Notes: a model not told the origin generated them from the sequence alone. Positions 1 through 28,629 are shown, numbered from the stretch's first letter. The stretch: 64,000 nucleotides of DNA from the human T2T-CHM13v2.0 reference genome, Homo sapiens (GCF_009914755.1 NC_060938.1); one strand, 5' to 3'. Numbers and translations are program-made.

Positions 1-849
1 GATCTCATGCTTAAAATGAAAGAACTATTCATTAATGGCAAAAACAGAGGCACCCGCCTCCAGGAAGCATATTAATTGTACAATCACTGTCATAATATGA
101 GAGACTTTGCCTTCTGCATCTGAAAATGCCTCTCCATGTGGGGACTCAAAATCCAGTATGACAGGTGGAGTAGAACCCAAAAGCACACACAATGGAATTG
201 AGACATAAAAAGGAGGCATGAAAATTTTATGCCATGGAAGCTCCAGTAAAGAAAGAGTAATAGCAATCAAAGATCACTATATAAGATGATTAAACAGCCA
301 CTCATTATTTTCTCCCATTTGTATTAGAAAAGGGTGCTGATCTTCATGCTATTCACTGTCATCAATAAACCTCTCTCTTTTTCTTGTTTTCTATAAAGAA
401 CTTGTGCTGCAAGTGTAATCACTGCCATTTGAATAAAAAATATGGCCACACCCTCAATTGGAATTACCTGTGGGTGGTGGTCACTGTGTGGAGTTGAATG
501 GGAAAATGAGCTTGATAAACAGCTGGGCCTGCTGGACCAATGCCTCGTCTGTGACACTGCCATAGCCCAGCAGTATTTGTTTTTTTAATCTGTTCAGAGG
601 AATATATTAGTCCAAGTCCCACTTGGAAACAGAAAACATCCTTCCTGTGGTTGAAGTAGATATAAGGGAAAATATTATGTAGAGTATGGCACCTGACAAG
701 ACAGACACCTTCAGAAAAGTTGCCTGCAACTTTCACAAGCACAAAACAAAATACAAGCACAGTTCCCAGCTTGGTGGGTGCAGAAAACTTGCATCACATC
801 ATCCCCTGGGTGTCTTGAGTTTGCCAGAGCCCTAAGATTATCCAACAAG

Positions 850-1028
850 AAGCACCGAAATATATTAATTATAAACACTAACTCTGGAGCCAGACAACCT
901 GGTTCAAATTCCAATACTGCTACTCAACTTAGGCAAATTCCATATGTTCTTTGTGCCTCAGTTTCCTAATCTTTAAAAATGGAGATATAATAATCTACAA
1001 GACTAACAGGCTTCTGGGTTAAATGATT
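850..1028 (+). mobile_element. MIR SINE fragment (interrupted by AluY)
   Basis: MIR core-like 'actctggagccagac...ggttcaaattcc...tgtgcctcagtttcctaatctttaaaaatggaga'; boundaries approximate. Confidence 0.75.
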
Positions 1029-1043
1029 TAAAATGTAAAATGT

Positions 1044-1398
<355 letters not shown>

Positions 1399-3284
1399 TT
1401 ACGCATTCCTGCTACTGGAAAAGGAGGTGGGGGACCCGAAAGGACCTGTTTAAAAATCAGCAGCAACACTGTCATCTAGAGTCCATCCTGAAGGGTTGTC
1501 ATATGAACACACCATAGCCCAGGATCAGCCTCCTTCACCTGAAATCAACAATAGCAGTATAGAAATCCGAGGCACGGTGCACAGTCTCCCACTAAGCTGA
1601 ATACACATTTTCCTTACCAAAAAGTTACCTAGTTGGGGGATTTTTTTCTCTATATTCTGGCCAAGAGCAGTCACTCTTATAACTTCCTTACCTGCCAGAA
1701 GGCTGCATCTCTTTTGGCCTGTTTAAAATTTTGAATTCTGGAACCTAAAACTTTTGGATACCTCAAGTTGTGGAGAACATAAAGCATCACATTAAAATGT
1801 GTGGGGTATGGGACTAAACCTAAACTCAGACATGGAAACATAAAGTGTTTCTCTACTGCCTGCTGAATTTGGGGCCACTGTAGGTTTCTAACATAATAAA
1901 TGGTATCTGGGAATTCCTTGCAATACAGGGCTACAATTTGATCTCCCTGGTCATTAGCAAAGTCTAAAAAAATGGCTCACAACTTGGACCTCTCTGAAAA
2001 CTTGTGCTGTCCGTGAGTTTGCTCTGAGCATCTGCTGTCTCCGCAAGCTTCATACCCAGATGACTTTGTGGCATGAGAGCTACTTTGTTTCCTACTTTGG
2101 AAAGGTTTTTTCTTTTTTTCCTGGTGAAAGTGCATTTATTACTATAATTTTTCAAGGGCAAACACATCCATGGCACCATGGAAGCTACCTGTGGTCCTAT
2201 GTCACATACTCCTCCTCCCCACTAAGTTTACCATATTTGATTTAATGCAACGCCTCCTCCACCCAAATTAAGGTTTCTAACCAAGGTGTTTAGGTTTTTC
2301 CTCTCCTCCATCTTCCTCAGCAACAAATACTTTGGGGAAACTTCAAGAAACACATCTTTAATAGGACAAAAGACCACAAGACATGATCTAAAAAACAAGG
2401 GCTTTTGAGGAATTCTCAACATAAAGAAGGGAAATCTGATTATTAAACAAATATCTCCATTCCATTCAATCCTCTAAAAGAATAATTCCTAGTCCTCAAT
2501 ATGCTTATCCATAAAATCTGGAGACCTGTAAAATGCAAAGCCTGCCACATGACCCCAATCTTTTCATTGATTTTCCCTTCCAGACTTGACAATCGCGAAC
2601 TATTATATACTCCCCTTCTTGACTAGTGAACAATAGAGTGTGAAAATTATACCATCCTGTATGTCCTGCATCACTAGAGGTGGCTCCAGTACCTCACTGA
2701 TGGAAGGTAATTGGGTCCAAAGTACATCCTTAAGTTAGCGAAGTCATTCTCCGAAACTCAGATTAGCACCACACCATGTACATAAACTGGGGCAAGGACC
2801 ATGGGCACATGTCAGAGCCCACAAACAACTCCTTTGGTCATCATAGCTGGAACAGCATCTGCCAGTCTCCAAAGTCAGCTTGGTCCACACCCAAAATTTT
2901 GACTACAGTTTGTTAATATATCTCACTGAATTAATTCCCCATCTATTGTTTCAAACACACACACACAACCCACAGAGGGAAAAACCTCTCCACTCCATTT
3001 AGGCAAGTAGAGATAATTTTTCTTTTTTTTTTTTTTTTTGTCATGCCATCGCTACAAGTTGGTCCTATACACAACACTCTCACCATAACCATTCTCTTTA
3101 TTAATACCTCTCAGGTCTCCCTTTTCCCACTTTATTCACTTTAGTTCTTGCATTAACAGAACCTATGCTTCATTTTTTTTAAGGAAGTCATAATGAATAA
3201 TTCAGGAAATGTTCCAGGAACACAACTATCATAAAAATCAAGAATTATCTTTGAAGTTCTCCTCCAGAAAGAGTAGTAGCTAGA

Positions 3285-3546
3285 GAAGCAGTGTAGTATC
3301 ATGGTGAACTGCAAGGACTGTGGGGCCACATTCATGGTTTCAAATTTCAGCTCTGGCACTTATTAGCTGTTTGACATTGGGAAAATTACTTAACTTCCTT
3401 ATGGCTGTTTCTTCATCCATCACATGGGGATATTAATGAGACTGCATCATAGATTTTTTTATGAGAATTATGAGTCTCGTTATACCTAAAGTGCCTAAAA
3501 CAATGCCTGACACACAGAGAACATGATATAAGCGCTAGCTCATATT
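3285..3546 (+). mobile_element. MIR, near full length
   Basis: gcagtgtagtatcatggt...caaatttcagctctggcacttattagctgt...aaattacttaacttc...aaagtgcctaaaacaatgcctgacaca; colinear with MIR consensus. Confidence 0.85.
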
Positions 3547-3589
3547 GTTGCTGACAACCACTGTGTTATGCTATCTCCTAAGGTAGAGA

Positions 3590-3770
3590 AGATAGGCTCT
3601 AGAGAAACAGACTTGGGTTTGAATCCTGACTCTGCCTCTCTCTAGCTGAATAGCCTCGGACAGGTTACTTATGAATATGATGACACCCACCTTATAGGAT
3701 TTTAATAGGATTAAACAAACAAAAAAAAACAAGTATACACTCCTCAAAAACCACTAGCAATTATTAGTAT
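3590..3770 (+). mobile_element. MIR fragment
   Basis: ggctctagagaaacagacttgggtttgaatcctgactctgcc...ggacaggttactta MIR core. Confidence 0.7.
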
Positions 3771-4189
3771 TAAAAAGTTTTCCCAAGATATAAGAGAAAG
3801 AAGGGCTAAACTAAAGCAAATAAAAATTTAAAAACTGAAACTGAAACCCACACAGTTTCTAACTTTGCAATTGCTTAAACTAGGGAGTTAACACTTAGAA
3901 AGAAAGCTAGGAATGGAGGAGAATGGGATAAGTAGTTATTAATGAAGTACAATGACAGCATTTCTAAAATCTCAGCCTCTTCCCCCATGCCTTCTAAGTA
4001 AATCCAAGCTATTCTCCTGTTCCAATATTCAAAATTGCCTGCTTATCACTATGCACCAAGAAAAACGCAATTGTGAATCCCAAATGGCAATTCTAATACA
4101 AAGGTCCTGATTCTCAAAATGAGCTTTTTAAAGTTATTCAGTCATTTAAAAAGTTTTACGTTGATACCATAGAGTAAAACTAAGTTAGG

Positions 4190-4320
4190 TTATCTAAATC
4201 ACCTCTTTAATTTTACAGATGATGTCACTGAGAGCAATAGAGGTTGAAAAACTTACCTAAAGTTATATGACTAATAAATAGTGGAACTAAAGTTAAATTA
4301 ACACAGATTTCTAATTCCTA
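4190..4320 (-). mobile_element. MIR fragment
   Basis: ttttacagatgatgtcactgag...gaggttgaaaaacttacctaaagttatatgacta = reverse MIR core. Confidence 0.65.
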
Positions 4321-6284
4321 ATTTCACTGTGTATGTAGGGTGCTTGCTTCTTTCTGTCTCTTTTTTTAATCATGTACCGGAAAGATGTTTCTCCTCTTTT
4401 ATTGATTCATCTCTTTGGAATGTACATGTCTCTGTATCCCTGGGAAGGTGAAACAAGTACATACAGAAAGTAGAATTAAATGCAGGAACACAGAAAGTGG
4501 CCATGCTTCATTAAGAGCAAATGGAGTAAACCTATGTGTAGCAGAGCAGGGATTTTGCCATAGCTATCTGATTTTCCTTCTTACAGAATCTGTGTATTCC
4601 TTGCTCATGTCTCATTAAAAGTTGCTGTTGGTTTGCTGGGGTAATTTTAAAAGTTTTGAAGACGAACTAAAGTTATTGCCCTACACATGAGGACTTAACT
4701 GCACTTGAGGTTCGTTGACCTATTTACTTTCCTCAAACATTTTGTGCCTATGATAATGAGAACTTGAAATAGAGCCATAGTCAGTAGGAAAGACAGCATC
4801 ATCTGCTTTTCAATTAAATTATCCAGCTCAACAATTTCTTATTTACACCAATGCTACAACCAGATGGAGGGGAGGACCTCTCACATCTATAGTTGACACT
4901 TTATTTTCTTTTCCAGATTCTAAGCTCTTACAATTTTCCTCATTTCAATCTGCTGGGGGAAAATGTTCGTTTTCTTATTTGAGAGACATAAGTTTCCGGT
5001 AGGGGTAAAATATAAAGCCTTACTAAAGTAGACATCATTCTAAATGCTGTTTTTGAAACAAGCGACCTTAAAGATTTCATTATGACTGCTTTTCAGAGCA
5101 ACTGAAATGCCTAATATACAAATTGCATTTTATCCATGCTATAAGCAAGGAAATAAAACTGTAAATGCAATGTTTTGTTTTCAAAATATACAGTTTAGAA
5201 TCATGCAATTTTTTTACTAACAGAGACAATGCATTTTTTCATTGTTAAATTAGTATAGGCCATAGTGAGAACCAAATTCTCCTAACAGTCTTATCTTCGT
5301 AATGTTAATATTGTGGTACCTGCTAACCACCAGATGTGAGTACCATAGCACCATCTTGCTTATATTAAGGGGTCCTCAACTGGCTTTCATGTCATGGCTC
5401 AAAGATGAAGGTACACGCTAATCAAAGGACTCTAAATTCCAGCCAAATAAAAAACCTATATCCTCTTATTGACTAAAAACTTGAAAAAAATGGAAATCAA
5501 AGAAAAAGAAGAATTTAGATAAAGGATGACCCAAGAAAACACCTTTAGTGAGACTCGCTTGAGAAGGCTTAATCTCGACTCAGATACTTTCCAGAACTTA
5601 TTCTAGACTCCTCGCAGGATGCTAAGAGACTCTGTGGGATATCAGGAAGTATTACTTCAATGAAAGCTCAAAGAAATTGCCTTTCTATCCTCAGATAGAA
5701 TGTTTAGGCCCATTCAAACAGACATGAAGGAAGAGGCAGAACAATATAGAACTGCCAGTATAACTTAGTTTCAGATCCTCAACTTCATAAAGGATCTCAG
5801 TGGGTCTGAAGGCTCTCTAGATTTCTCAGGCCAATTCCATGACCAGAACAATCTTATAGATATTTCAAATCCCATGTGCCTCCAATATAGCATCGTCTTT
5901 GGTGCTACAAGCTGCCCTATTTTAACAATAAATGATATAAACCCCACATCTTTGGGACATCAAGATGGCCTGCTTTTTTATTACTGACTATTCTTTGAAT
6001 GTCCAAGTCATTGGGGCTCATTAGGAGGAACTCCAATTAATGTGTGCAATTAAAAGGAACCAGCTAGACAAGAGCAAACAAATTCTATGAAACCTTCATC
6101 TGATCAAAAGATCGCCTTCACAATGGTTCCTCAATAGTCTATCCAGTAGCAGTCACCCAGGAGACATAACCCTCTTCATCCTATAATAATAGGAATAGGT
6201 TTAAAGGGCATCAGGCAAAAGTCTCCTAGCCCTCAGTGGTGTCAAAATTTTGATGTCTTCCAGGGACTTCATCGCCTAATCTGA

Positions 6285-6460
6285 GACTGACTGACTGACT
6301 GACTGACTATACATACACATACTGACTACATATCTGACTACATATACTGACTGTATATACATACTATACTGACAATATACACCCTATACTGACTATACAT
6401 ACACACTGACTATAATTGACTATATATGCACACACAAATACACACGCATATATATATATA
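6285..6460. repeat. Compound microsatellite (GACT)n grading into CTGACTATATACAT-like units and (TA)n
   Basis: Directly visible tandem units. Confidence 0.9.
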
Positions 6461-6499
6461 TTCATTATAATTTAGATATATAGAAAGATTTATGAAGTT

Positions 6500-7035
6500 G
6501 TATTAGATATTTATCATATTTTCCTGCCCTACATCAAATCCCTCTTATTCACATAATAGCAGTTGGGGATATCTTGTCTTTCCCCATTCTCAGTTCATAT
6601 AAATGGATCTACCCCTGGCTCTGAGCTTCCATATGCCTCAGGCCTTGTCCATTAGAGCATAACACCTGATGACCAGAGGCATTTAATTGAGTAATGAGCA
6701 TAACCCAAGCTACAGGACCAAAGAAACTCAATCCCAGGGAAATTTAATTATAATTTTAGAAAAGAAATTTTTGCCTTTAAAAGTAGGGAAAGTGGTAGTG
6801 GAGGAAAGTGGCTGGTTGATTCAGCTGAAATGAAGCTGATGCGGAAGGAAGGAAAAAAAAAAAAGCTGAGAGGTAAAGATAAACTAAACTTTGAGGACTT
6901 TGTTTTAGTTTTAAAATACAGCTCTGCCAGAAGACTGACCTATGCCTAGAATTTTCTATTATATGAGTCAGCAAACTCTTTTTTTCCCTTTAAGTCAGAT
7001 CATATTACATGCAATGAAGAGTCCTCACTACGAGA
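6500..7035 (+). mobile_element. Old MaLR LTR (MLT1K/L-like)
   Basis: Degenerate MLT1 3' part 'cctagaattttctattatatgagtcagcaaactc...taagtcag...tgcaatgaagagtcctcacta'; approximate limits. Confidence 0.55.
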
Positions 7036-8541
7036 TTTTATTAAACCTCTTTAGCTTCATTCAAGCCTTACTTTTCAGATGAATCATAGTGCAAGCTTTT
7101 CAAAGAAAGCTAACTTTATTAATGAGTATCTTGTAAATAGGTACACACAGACATACACCATAAGTGTGGGTAATCTATCTTTCTTCCCAAGAAAGAAATG
7201 GAGTAATAATATGAATATCAGTTAGAGAATAGGATTTTTTAATATCTTAAATTCAACCAAAAAGGGTACTTTGAAACAAATCTGAAAATTTTCAAAATAT
7301 CTTTAAAATTTTTGATATCAATCCATAGAATATCTTTCTGATGATAATAAGGCACATCTGAATTTTGGTAGAAAAACATAAAAAATCAGAAGACTATACA
7401 TTAAACAATAACAGCTTTATTCAAAACATGTAAGACTTCCACAAGGGCTGTTTTGCTTTATAGTATGACAAGTGCTACCTTGTTGGCATTCTAAAGTGAA
7501 CGGTGATGTGGAGAAAGGCAGTCCTTTCCATTCTAAAAAGGAAAATATTTGCATCTACTCTAATAATTTTCTGTCAAGTTAAGAAAAAGGACTGTTCTCA
7601 TTATTTGTGTTCTCCCCAAAGCAGGCACAGAATATGTAGGAAATGAAAAAAAAAATGTTTAGAAGAGCTCGTTTTCATGCACTACAGATTCTAACCTTGT
7701 CTCCAAGAGCCAAGGTTGATGCATCCCATGCTAAATTAAATCTAAGATGTATGCAGTAATGAAAAGGGTAGCATTCCATGAAAAATTCCACTTTTCAGTT
7801 AAAGTACCTAGCGTTTATTAAATATGCAAAAATTACAATGTCAATATAACTGCAAAAATTAGGGTTTTCTTTTTAAATGTTTAAGCACTGCAAAGAATGA
7901 AACAGCTGAAGACTTTCACAGCTTGTTATCTGTATCTTTTTCTCAAAAAACCTGCACTAATAAATAGGCCATACACTTCCCAAAGATAAGGGATTGTTGT
8001 TCATATCCCAGTGAGCAGTTTATTGAATACATTTGAACAAATTGTCTTTGTTCAATGACTCTGACTAATTCTCCTGCTAGTTGGATCAGTGTTACAAACC
8101 TTGGTACCCTGTGATTCATAAGCATTCATATTTTTGAGCTGGTATATCCTCTCCATGCAGCTGATCATTGAGCACAAAGATGTTTTATATTAGAATAACA
8201 TGTACCTTATTTTTTAAAACTGAGATCTGCAAAGGCTTAAGGAAGCTGAGGCAACAATATAAAAGATCTGAAATAAACATGTATTTGAATACTGTACCAA
8301 TAACTGATTTTTTTCTTCTTAAATTACTTTTTCTGATAACAGTCAATAAGTTTCAGTAGGAAAATGCAGAAAACACAGAAAAATATACAGAATAAAAATC
8401 ACCTGTAATTCCTACAGGTGATTTTGAGAATTAATTTTAGAATTAATTCCAAAAATATTAAAGTTCTAAAAACTTCAAATTCTTCCAAAAATTTTTAAAT
8501 CTAGGGTGAAGAAATCTTTCCAGGCCTTTTTTTATTGTTCC

Positions 8542-8730
8542 TTTTTTTCTTCCAAATTTTATTTTAACTTCAGGAGTACACGGGCAGGATGTGCAGTTTG
8601 GTACTTAGGTTAATGTGTACCATGGTGGTTTGCTGCACAGATCATCCCGTCACCTAGGTACTAAACCCAGCATCCATTAGCTCTTTTTCCTGATGCTCTC
8701 TCTCCTTCCAGCCCTGACCCTCCAACAGGC
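8542..8730 (-). mobile_element. L1PA13-16-type 3' end fragment
   Basis: ttttattttaacttcaggagtaca..gcaggatgtgcag...ggtggtttgctgcacagatcatcccgtcacctaggta = reverse of old L1PA 3'UTR. Confidence 0.85.
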
Positions 8731-8806
8731 AAAATATGGAAATAAATAAAGACCCTTTTTTGAAAATTTAGATTATATGCTAAATACTATTTTGTACTCT
8801 TTGAGG

Positions 8807-8907
8807 TTTTTTTTTTTGTAATTCATGTCAGACAGGTAATGTGCAGACATGGTAACAGAGTTTGAAGGAGGCATATCTCACACATGAAAATCCAATCATC
8901 ATGCTTA
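8807..8907 (-). pseudogene. U13 (SNORD13) box C/D snoRNA retropseudogene
   Basis: Minus strand taagcatgatgattggattttcatgtgtgagatatgcctccttcaaactctgttaccatgtctgcacattacctgtctgac matches U13 as recalled; box C at 8896-8901, box D at 8828-8831; A11 tail at 8807-8817. Confidence 0.9.
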
Positions 8908-9034
8908 ACATTCTTTGTTTTTTATAGTACATGTATCATGAACATTTCTTTACATCATTAATTATAAAATATGATCACTAACAACCTATAAGAATTTACT
9001 GACCTTTTCATTTAAAAATACTTTTATTGGTTTA

Positions 9035-16075
<7,041 letters not shown>

Positions 16076-16089
16076 AAAATTATATATAT

Positions 16090-18600
<2,511 letters not shown>

Positions 18601-19519
18601 CCAGTCTCATAATTTAATGAACCTACTGGTTGCACATTCAACTTACTCAAAATTTTTCATTATTATTATTATGTAAAGTTATGAACATCTTTGAAAATAA
18701 TTATCCAATAAAAACATTATTTTATTTAGAGTGATTTCTAAATGGAGTTTCCGGGTCAAAGTTAATAAACATTTTAGGAGTCTTAATACACAGATCCAAA
18801 TTGCTTTCTATTAGAGTATACATATTTTTAAAAGTATATGAGGATTCTCATCACATTCACTAGCACTGAATATCATTACTTTTAATTTTTCCCTGTTTGA
18901 TAGCAAAATAATGGAAGAACTAATTATTAGAAAGGAGATATTGAGATACAAAATCAAAATACATTTTTCAGAGAGTAATCTACAATCTTTATTTTGCCTT
19001 TATCAACTCAATTTTTTAAAAGTAAATATTTTATTAATATTAATACTTTTTGAATGCACATAAATAATAGAACATAATGTTAAAATGTATCAACATTCCT
19101 AAACTATATTTTGTCTTCTAATAATCCCTCTATAGCCACATTTTTCCATGTTTTTTGTTTTAATTTCATTTTTTATTTAATGGGAGTTGGAATGGATGTT
19201 TGGCGAACCATGTCTGCCATTAAAGGCTTACATAATTCATGGGAAAATTAATGATAACTTGGCTGTAAATATTTATTTCTACTGTATCAGGATTTCACTA
19301 GAGGCCTAAGAAGAATACCAAAGGGGAAAAAATAAAAGGAGCTTGCCCTCACGTCATTTACAATCCCGTGTGAAAGACAATTGTATTAATGAAAATTTCT
19401 TAAGAGCAATGGATAAAGCAATATTTTTGTGAACATAAATTATTAAAGTTCAGCCAGAATGATCCCCAAATATATGTGAAGAAAAACGAGAGAAGTGTAG
19501 GTGAGTCAGCTGACTGGAT

Positions 19520-19745
19520 CAACTTGTTAAATACCAAACTCCTCTTCCCTTACCCCAAACCTCGTCCCTCTATGTACTCTGTGTCTAATTTATACATCCA
19601 GTTGCCTAAACCAGAAACCTCAACAGTCTCTCTGATATACCCACATTCAACCATCTATCAAGTTCTATCCACTCAAGTTCTATCCACAAGATCTAAAACT
19701 TCTTGTATTTGTAACTTCCTCTCTAACTCCACTGCTGTCTTAATT
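19520..19745 (+). mobile_element. L2 fragment
   Basis: ccaaactcctcttccc...catccagttgcctaaaccagaaacct...ccacattcaaccatctatcaagttctat L2-like; includes a perfect 15-bp tandem duplication at 19658-19687. Confidence 0.65.
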
Positions 19746-20186
19746 TGGGCAGGAAGATTGTTTCTTGCCAGGAGGATTGGATTACCATTCTTGCCAGCAC
19801 TCTTATGCCAGCACAACCACTATGAAAGAATTGTTAATTGAATGGAATTTTATTTCATCAAACCATATCAAATGGGAAAGGGCCATGAACTTCAGCCACT
19901 CAAACCTCACTCATATATGATACGAATTGTTCAAGTAGACATCCAAATTTTACTAGTATAGCTCAAAAAACAATTGAAAGTTTGATGTAGCTATGTGATT
20001 GATACAGTTCTGTCACTAATTTTCCTTTCATTACTTTACAGATATTTGCTGAATCTCTATTTAGTACCTATGTATGTGGTATTTTTCCTTTAAACATCAT
20101 CGTTTTGATACATTCTCATACAAGTCTACATATCATAAATTCCTCTGTAAGTAATTTTGGTTTCATTAAAAGAAAAATAAGAGATT

Positions 20187-22183
20187 GGAGGTGGAGCAAG
20201 ATAGTGGAATAGAAGACTCCACTGATCATCCCCCTGCAAGGACCCCAGTTTAACAAATATCTACAAAGAAAAAAAAACACCTTCATAAGAACCAAAAATC
20301 AGGAAAGCACTCATTTAATTGCTCATTTGTTTTTTGGTTTCAACTTCATGTTGCTGAAAGAGGCACTGAAGAGATAGAAAAAACAGTCTTGAATTGCTGA
20401 CACCGCCCCTCCTCCCCGACTCCCACAGTGGTGACATGGTGCAGAGAGCATCTCTGGGTGCTGGGGGAAGAAGAACACAGAAATTGTGAGGCATTGAACT
20501 CAGTGCTGTCCTGTTAGAGCAGAAAGGAAAACAACCAAACTCAGCTGACACCCACTCATGGAGAGAGCATTTAAACCAGGCCTCGACAGAGGAAAACTGC
20601 AGATCCCAGTGGGTCTGAACTTGAGTTCCCACAAACCTCATCACTGAAGGCTCCAGTGCTCTGTGTCTCCAAGTAAATTTGAAAGGCAGTCTAGGCCATA
20701 AGGATTGCAACTCTTAGGCAAATCCTAGTGCTAAACTAGGCTGAGACAGTGGACTGGAAGGGCATGCGATATACTGAGACACCAACTGGGGCAGCCAAGG
20801 GAGTGCTGCTATCAGCTCTTCCCTAGCCCCAGGCTGCACAGCTCCCAGCTGCAAAAGAGACCTCTTCCTTCTGCTTGAGGGAACGAGAGGGAAGAGCTGG
20901 GAGGACTTTATTGCCCATCTTGGATACCAGCTCAAACACAGCAGGATAAGTCACTGATCAGAGCCATGAGGCCCCCGTTCCAGGTCCCAGCTTCCAGATA
21001 ACATTTCTAAACACACCTTAAAACAGAAGGGAACTCCCTGCCCTGAAGGAAAGATCTTGGTCCGGGCAGCATTCATCACCTGCTAACTGAAGGCCCTGAA
21101 TAACCAGCAGTGATACCCAGGTATGATATTAAGAGCTTTGGATGAGCATCTAACGCTTGCTTCAGGTGAGACTCACGACATTACCAGAAATGGTGGCTAC
21201 TGGGAAAAACAACTTCTGCTTCAGAAAAGCAGAGAGAAAAGTAAAGGGGACTTTGTTTTGTACCTTAGGTACCAGCAAAGCCACAGAGTGGGCAGAGTAC
21301 CAAACAGACTCTTGGGGTCCCTGATTCCAGGACTTGAGTCCTGGATGGCATTTCTGGACCTTCCCCGGGGCAGAGTGGAGCTCACTGTCATGAAGGATGG
21401 GTCCCAGGCCATGCAGCCTTCATTGCAAATTGACTTAAGAGCCCTTGACCCTTAGGGGAACATCTGTGGTAGTCTGGCAGTACTCCTTGTGGCTTGGAGT
21501 AGTAGTGGCTTCAAGGTGAGGCTCCTCTGCCTTTGGAAAGGAGAGGGAAGAGTGGGAAGGACTGGATCTTGTGGACTGAGTGCCAGCTCAGCCACAGTAC
21601 AACAGGATACCAAGTTGACTTCTGGGTCTTTGACTCTAGTCCCTGACTCCTGGATTGTACCTCTGGACCCACATGAGGCCTAGAGGACCTCACTGCCCTG
21701 AAAGAAAGGACAAAGGCCTGGCTGGCTTTGCCACCTGCTGATTGTAGAGCACCAGGGCCTTGAGTAAACACAGGCAGTAGCCACAGAGGGGTTACTGCAG
21801 GCCTTGAGTGAAACTCAGTGCTGTGCTGGCTTCAGGTCTGACCCAGCACAGTCAAAGTGGTAGTGGCCACAGGAGTGCTTGTGTCACTCCACCCCTAGCT
21901 TTACGTGGCTCAGAACAGAGTGAGAAACTGTCTCTTTGGGAAAAAAGTAAAGGAAGAGAACCAGAGTCTCTGCCTGGTAATTCAGAGAATTCTTCTAGAT
22001 TTTGTCCAAGACCGTGAAGGCAATACTTCCATGAGTCTGCAAGAACCATGGTGTTACTGAACTTGGGGTGCCCCCCTAAAGCAGATACAGCTTAGATCAC
22101 AACACCAAAGTCCTTTCAAATATCTGGAAAGCCTTTGCAAGAAGGACAGCTATAAATAAGCCCAGAGAGTTAAGGCTACAGTA

Positions 22184-22187
<4 letters not shown>
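20187..22187 (+). mobile_element. L1MA1/2-type (L1M1) 5'UTR
   Basis: ggaggtggagcaagatagtggaatagaagactcc... start; ends just before ORF1 (cccagagagttaaggctacagtaatac). Confidence 0.85.
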
Positions 22188-25320
<3,133 letters not shown>

Positions 25321-25857
25321 AAAACATGGTACATATACACAATGGAGTAGTATTCAGCCTTCAGCCATAAAAAAGAATGAGATCCAGTCATTTGCAACAA
25401 CATGGATGCAACTGGAGATCATTATGTTAAGTAAAATAAGCCAGGCACAGAAAGACAAACATTACATGTTCTCACTTATCTGTGGGATCCAAAAATCAAA
25501 CAATTGAACTCATGCACATAGAGGATAGAAGAATGGCTACCATAGGCTGGGAAGGGTCATGGGGGGCTAGAGGAGAGGTGGGGATGGTTAATAGGTACCA
25601 GAAAAAATGGAAAGAATGAATAAGACTTCCTATTTGATAGCACAACAGGGTGACTATAGTCAATAATAACTTAATTGTACATTTTAAAATAAAGAGTGTA
25701 ACTGAATTGTCTGTAACTCAAAGGATAAATGTTTGAGGGGATGGATACCTCATTCCCCATGATGAGCTTATTTCACATTGCGCGCATGTAACAAAACATC
25801 TTGGGTACCTCATAATACATACACCTACTATGGACCCACACAAATTTTCTAAATTTA
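25321..25857 (+). mobile_element. L1MA1/2-type 3' end (partner of the 5'UTR at 20187)
   Basis: gagatccagtcatttgcaacaacatggatg...ccaggcacagaaagacaaac...tatttgatagcacaacagggtgactatagtcaataa...acacctactatggaccca; degenerate TSD agaaaaat..ga at both outer ends. Confidence 0.88.
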
Positions 25858-25925
25858 GAAAAATCATGAATACTGTTTTCAACATCATTCGATTTCAACT
25901 TTCTTGGTGTGTTTTCTGAACTTTT

Positions 25926-27457
<1,532 letters not shown>

Positions 27458-28307
27458 TAACCATATACCCTCTTCCTCTTCATGCAGATATCAAAAACCA
27501 GTAGAACAAAAAGAAAATGAGAGAAGGTTAAACAATATATTTAGTTCCTCCACTCTTGGTGCAACAACTTTTGCTTTTTTATCCATAACTTCCTCTCTTC
27601 CCAATTAGTTATACAGAAATCATTCTCTCTATCTAAGTAGAAAAAGAAAATGAATAAAGATTAACTATACCATATGCTTACGTTTGATATAAAACATGAC
27701 CCAAAATAGTATTTTTAAATTATACAGGATCTTAATTATCTCTTACACAAAACCTGTATTTCATAACTAATTGAAAGTTAAATTCTAATATTTGGCACTG
27801 GAATGTATAAATGTTGGCAACACATAGATATAGAGCCTTCGGTTTTGGCTAATTTGAGCCATTATTCTGACTCACATAAACCTTAATATTTCAGTTAGCC
27901 TCACTAGGCTCCCTATTCCATTTGGAAAGAGCAGGACAAACAATTCACTTTCAGACAAGATCTTTGCTTCTCTTGATATATAAAAGTGGTCTGCTTTCCC
28001 TTCCAGAGGGGAAAAAAAGATTTATAATAAGAAAAACCACTACGTTTTTACCTTAAGGGCAAAATCCAGAATATCCTAACCTAAATTATCTCTCCTCTTC
28101 TGGTATCAGATTTGCATGCTTGTATTAGTATTCAACATTTAATTTGATTAAATACTCTATTTACATATCTAATGGTTGCACTGCATGATTATACTCCTTT
28201 TGTAGAATGGGAATATTTTTTAAATCACCTTCATAGAGTCTGATTAATGCATTTAGTAAAATTTATCATTAACTTGCTACTAATTACTGAAATAATAAGG
28301 GAGAGGT

Positions 28308-28629
<322 letters not shown>

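Noticed and set aside
2670-2688. CTCF-like word tcactagaggtggc (and ccaccagatgtgag near 5327)
   Set aside because: Mismatches at core positions; cannot be supported without ChIP data.
20950-21700. Three ~330-bp-spaced similar blocks (cctggat..tctggacc)
   Set aside because: Internal repeats of the L1M1-type 5'UTR, expected for the family.
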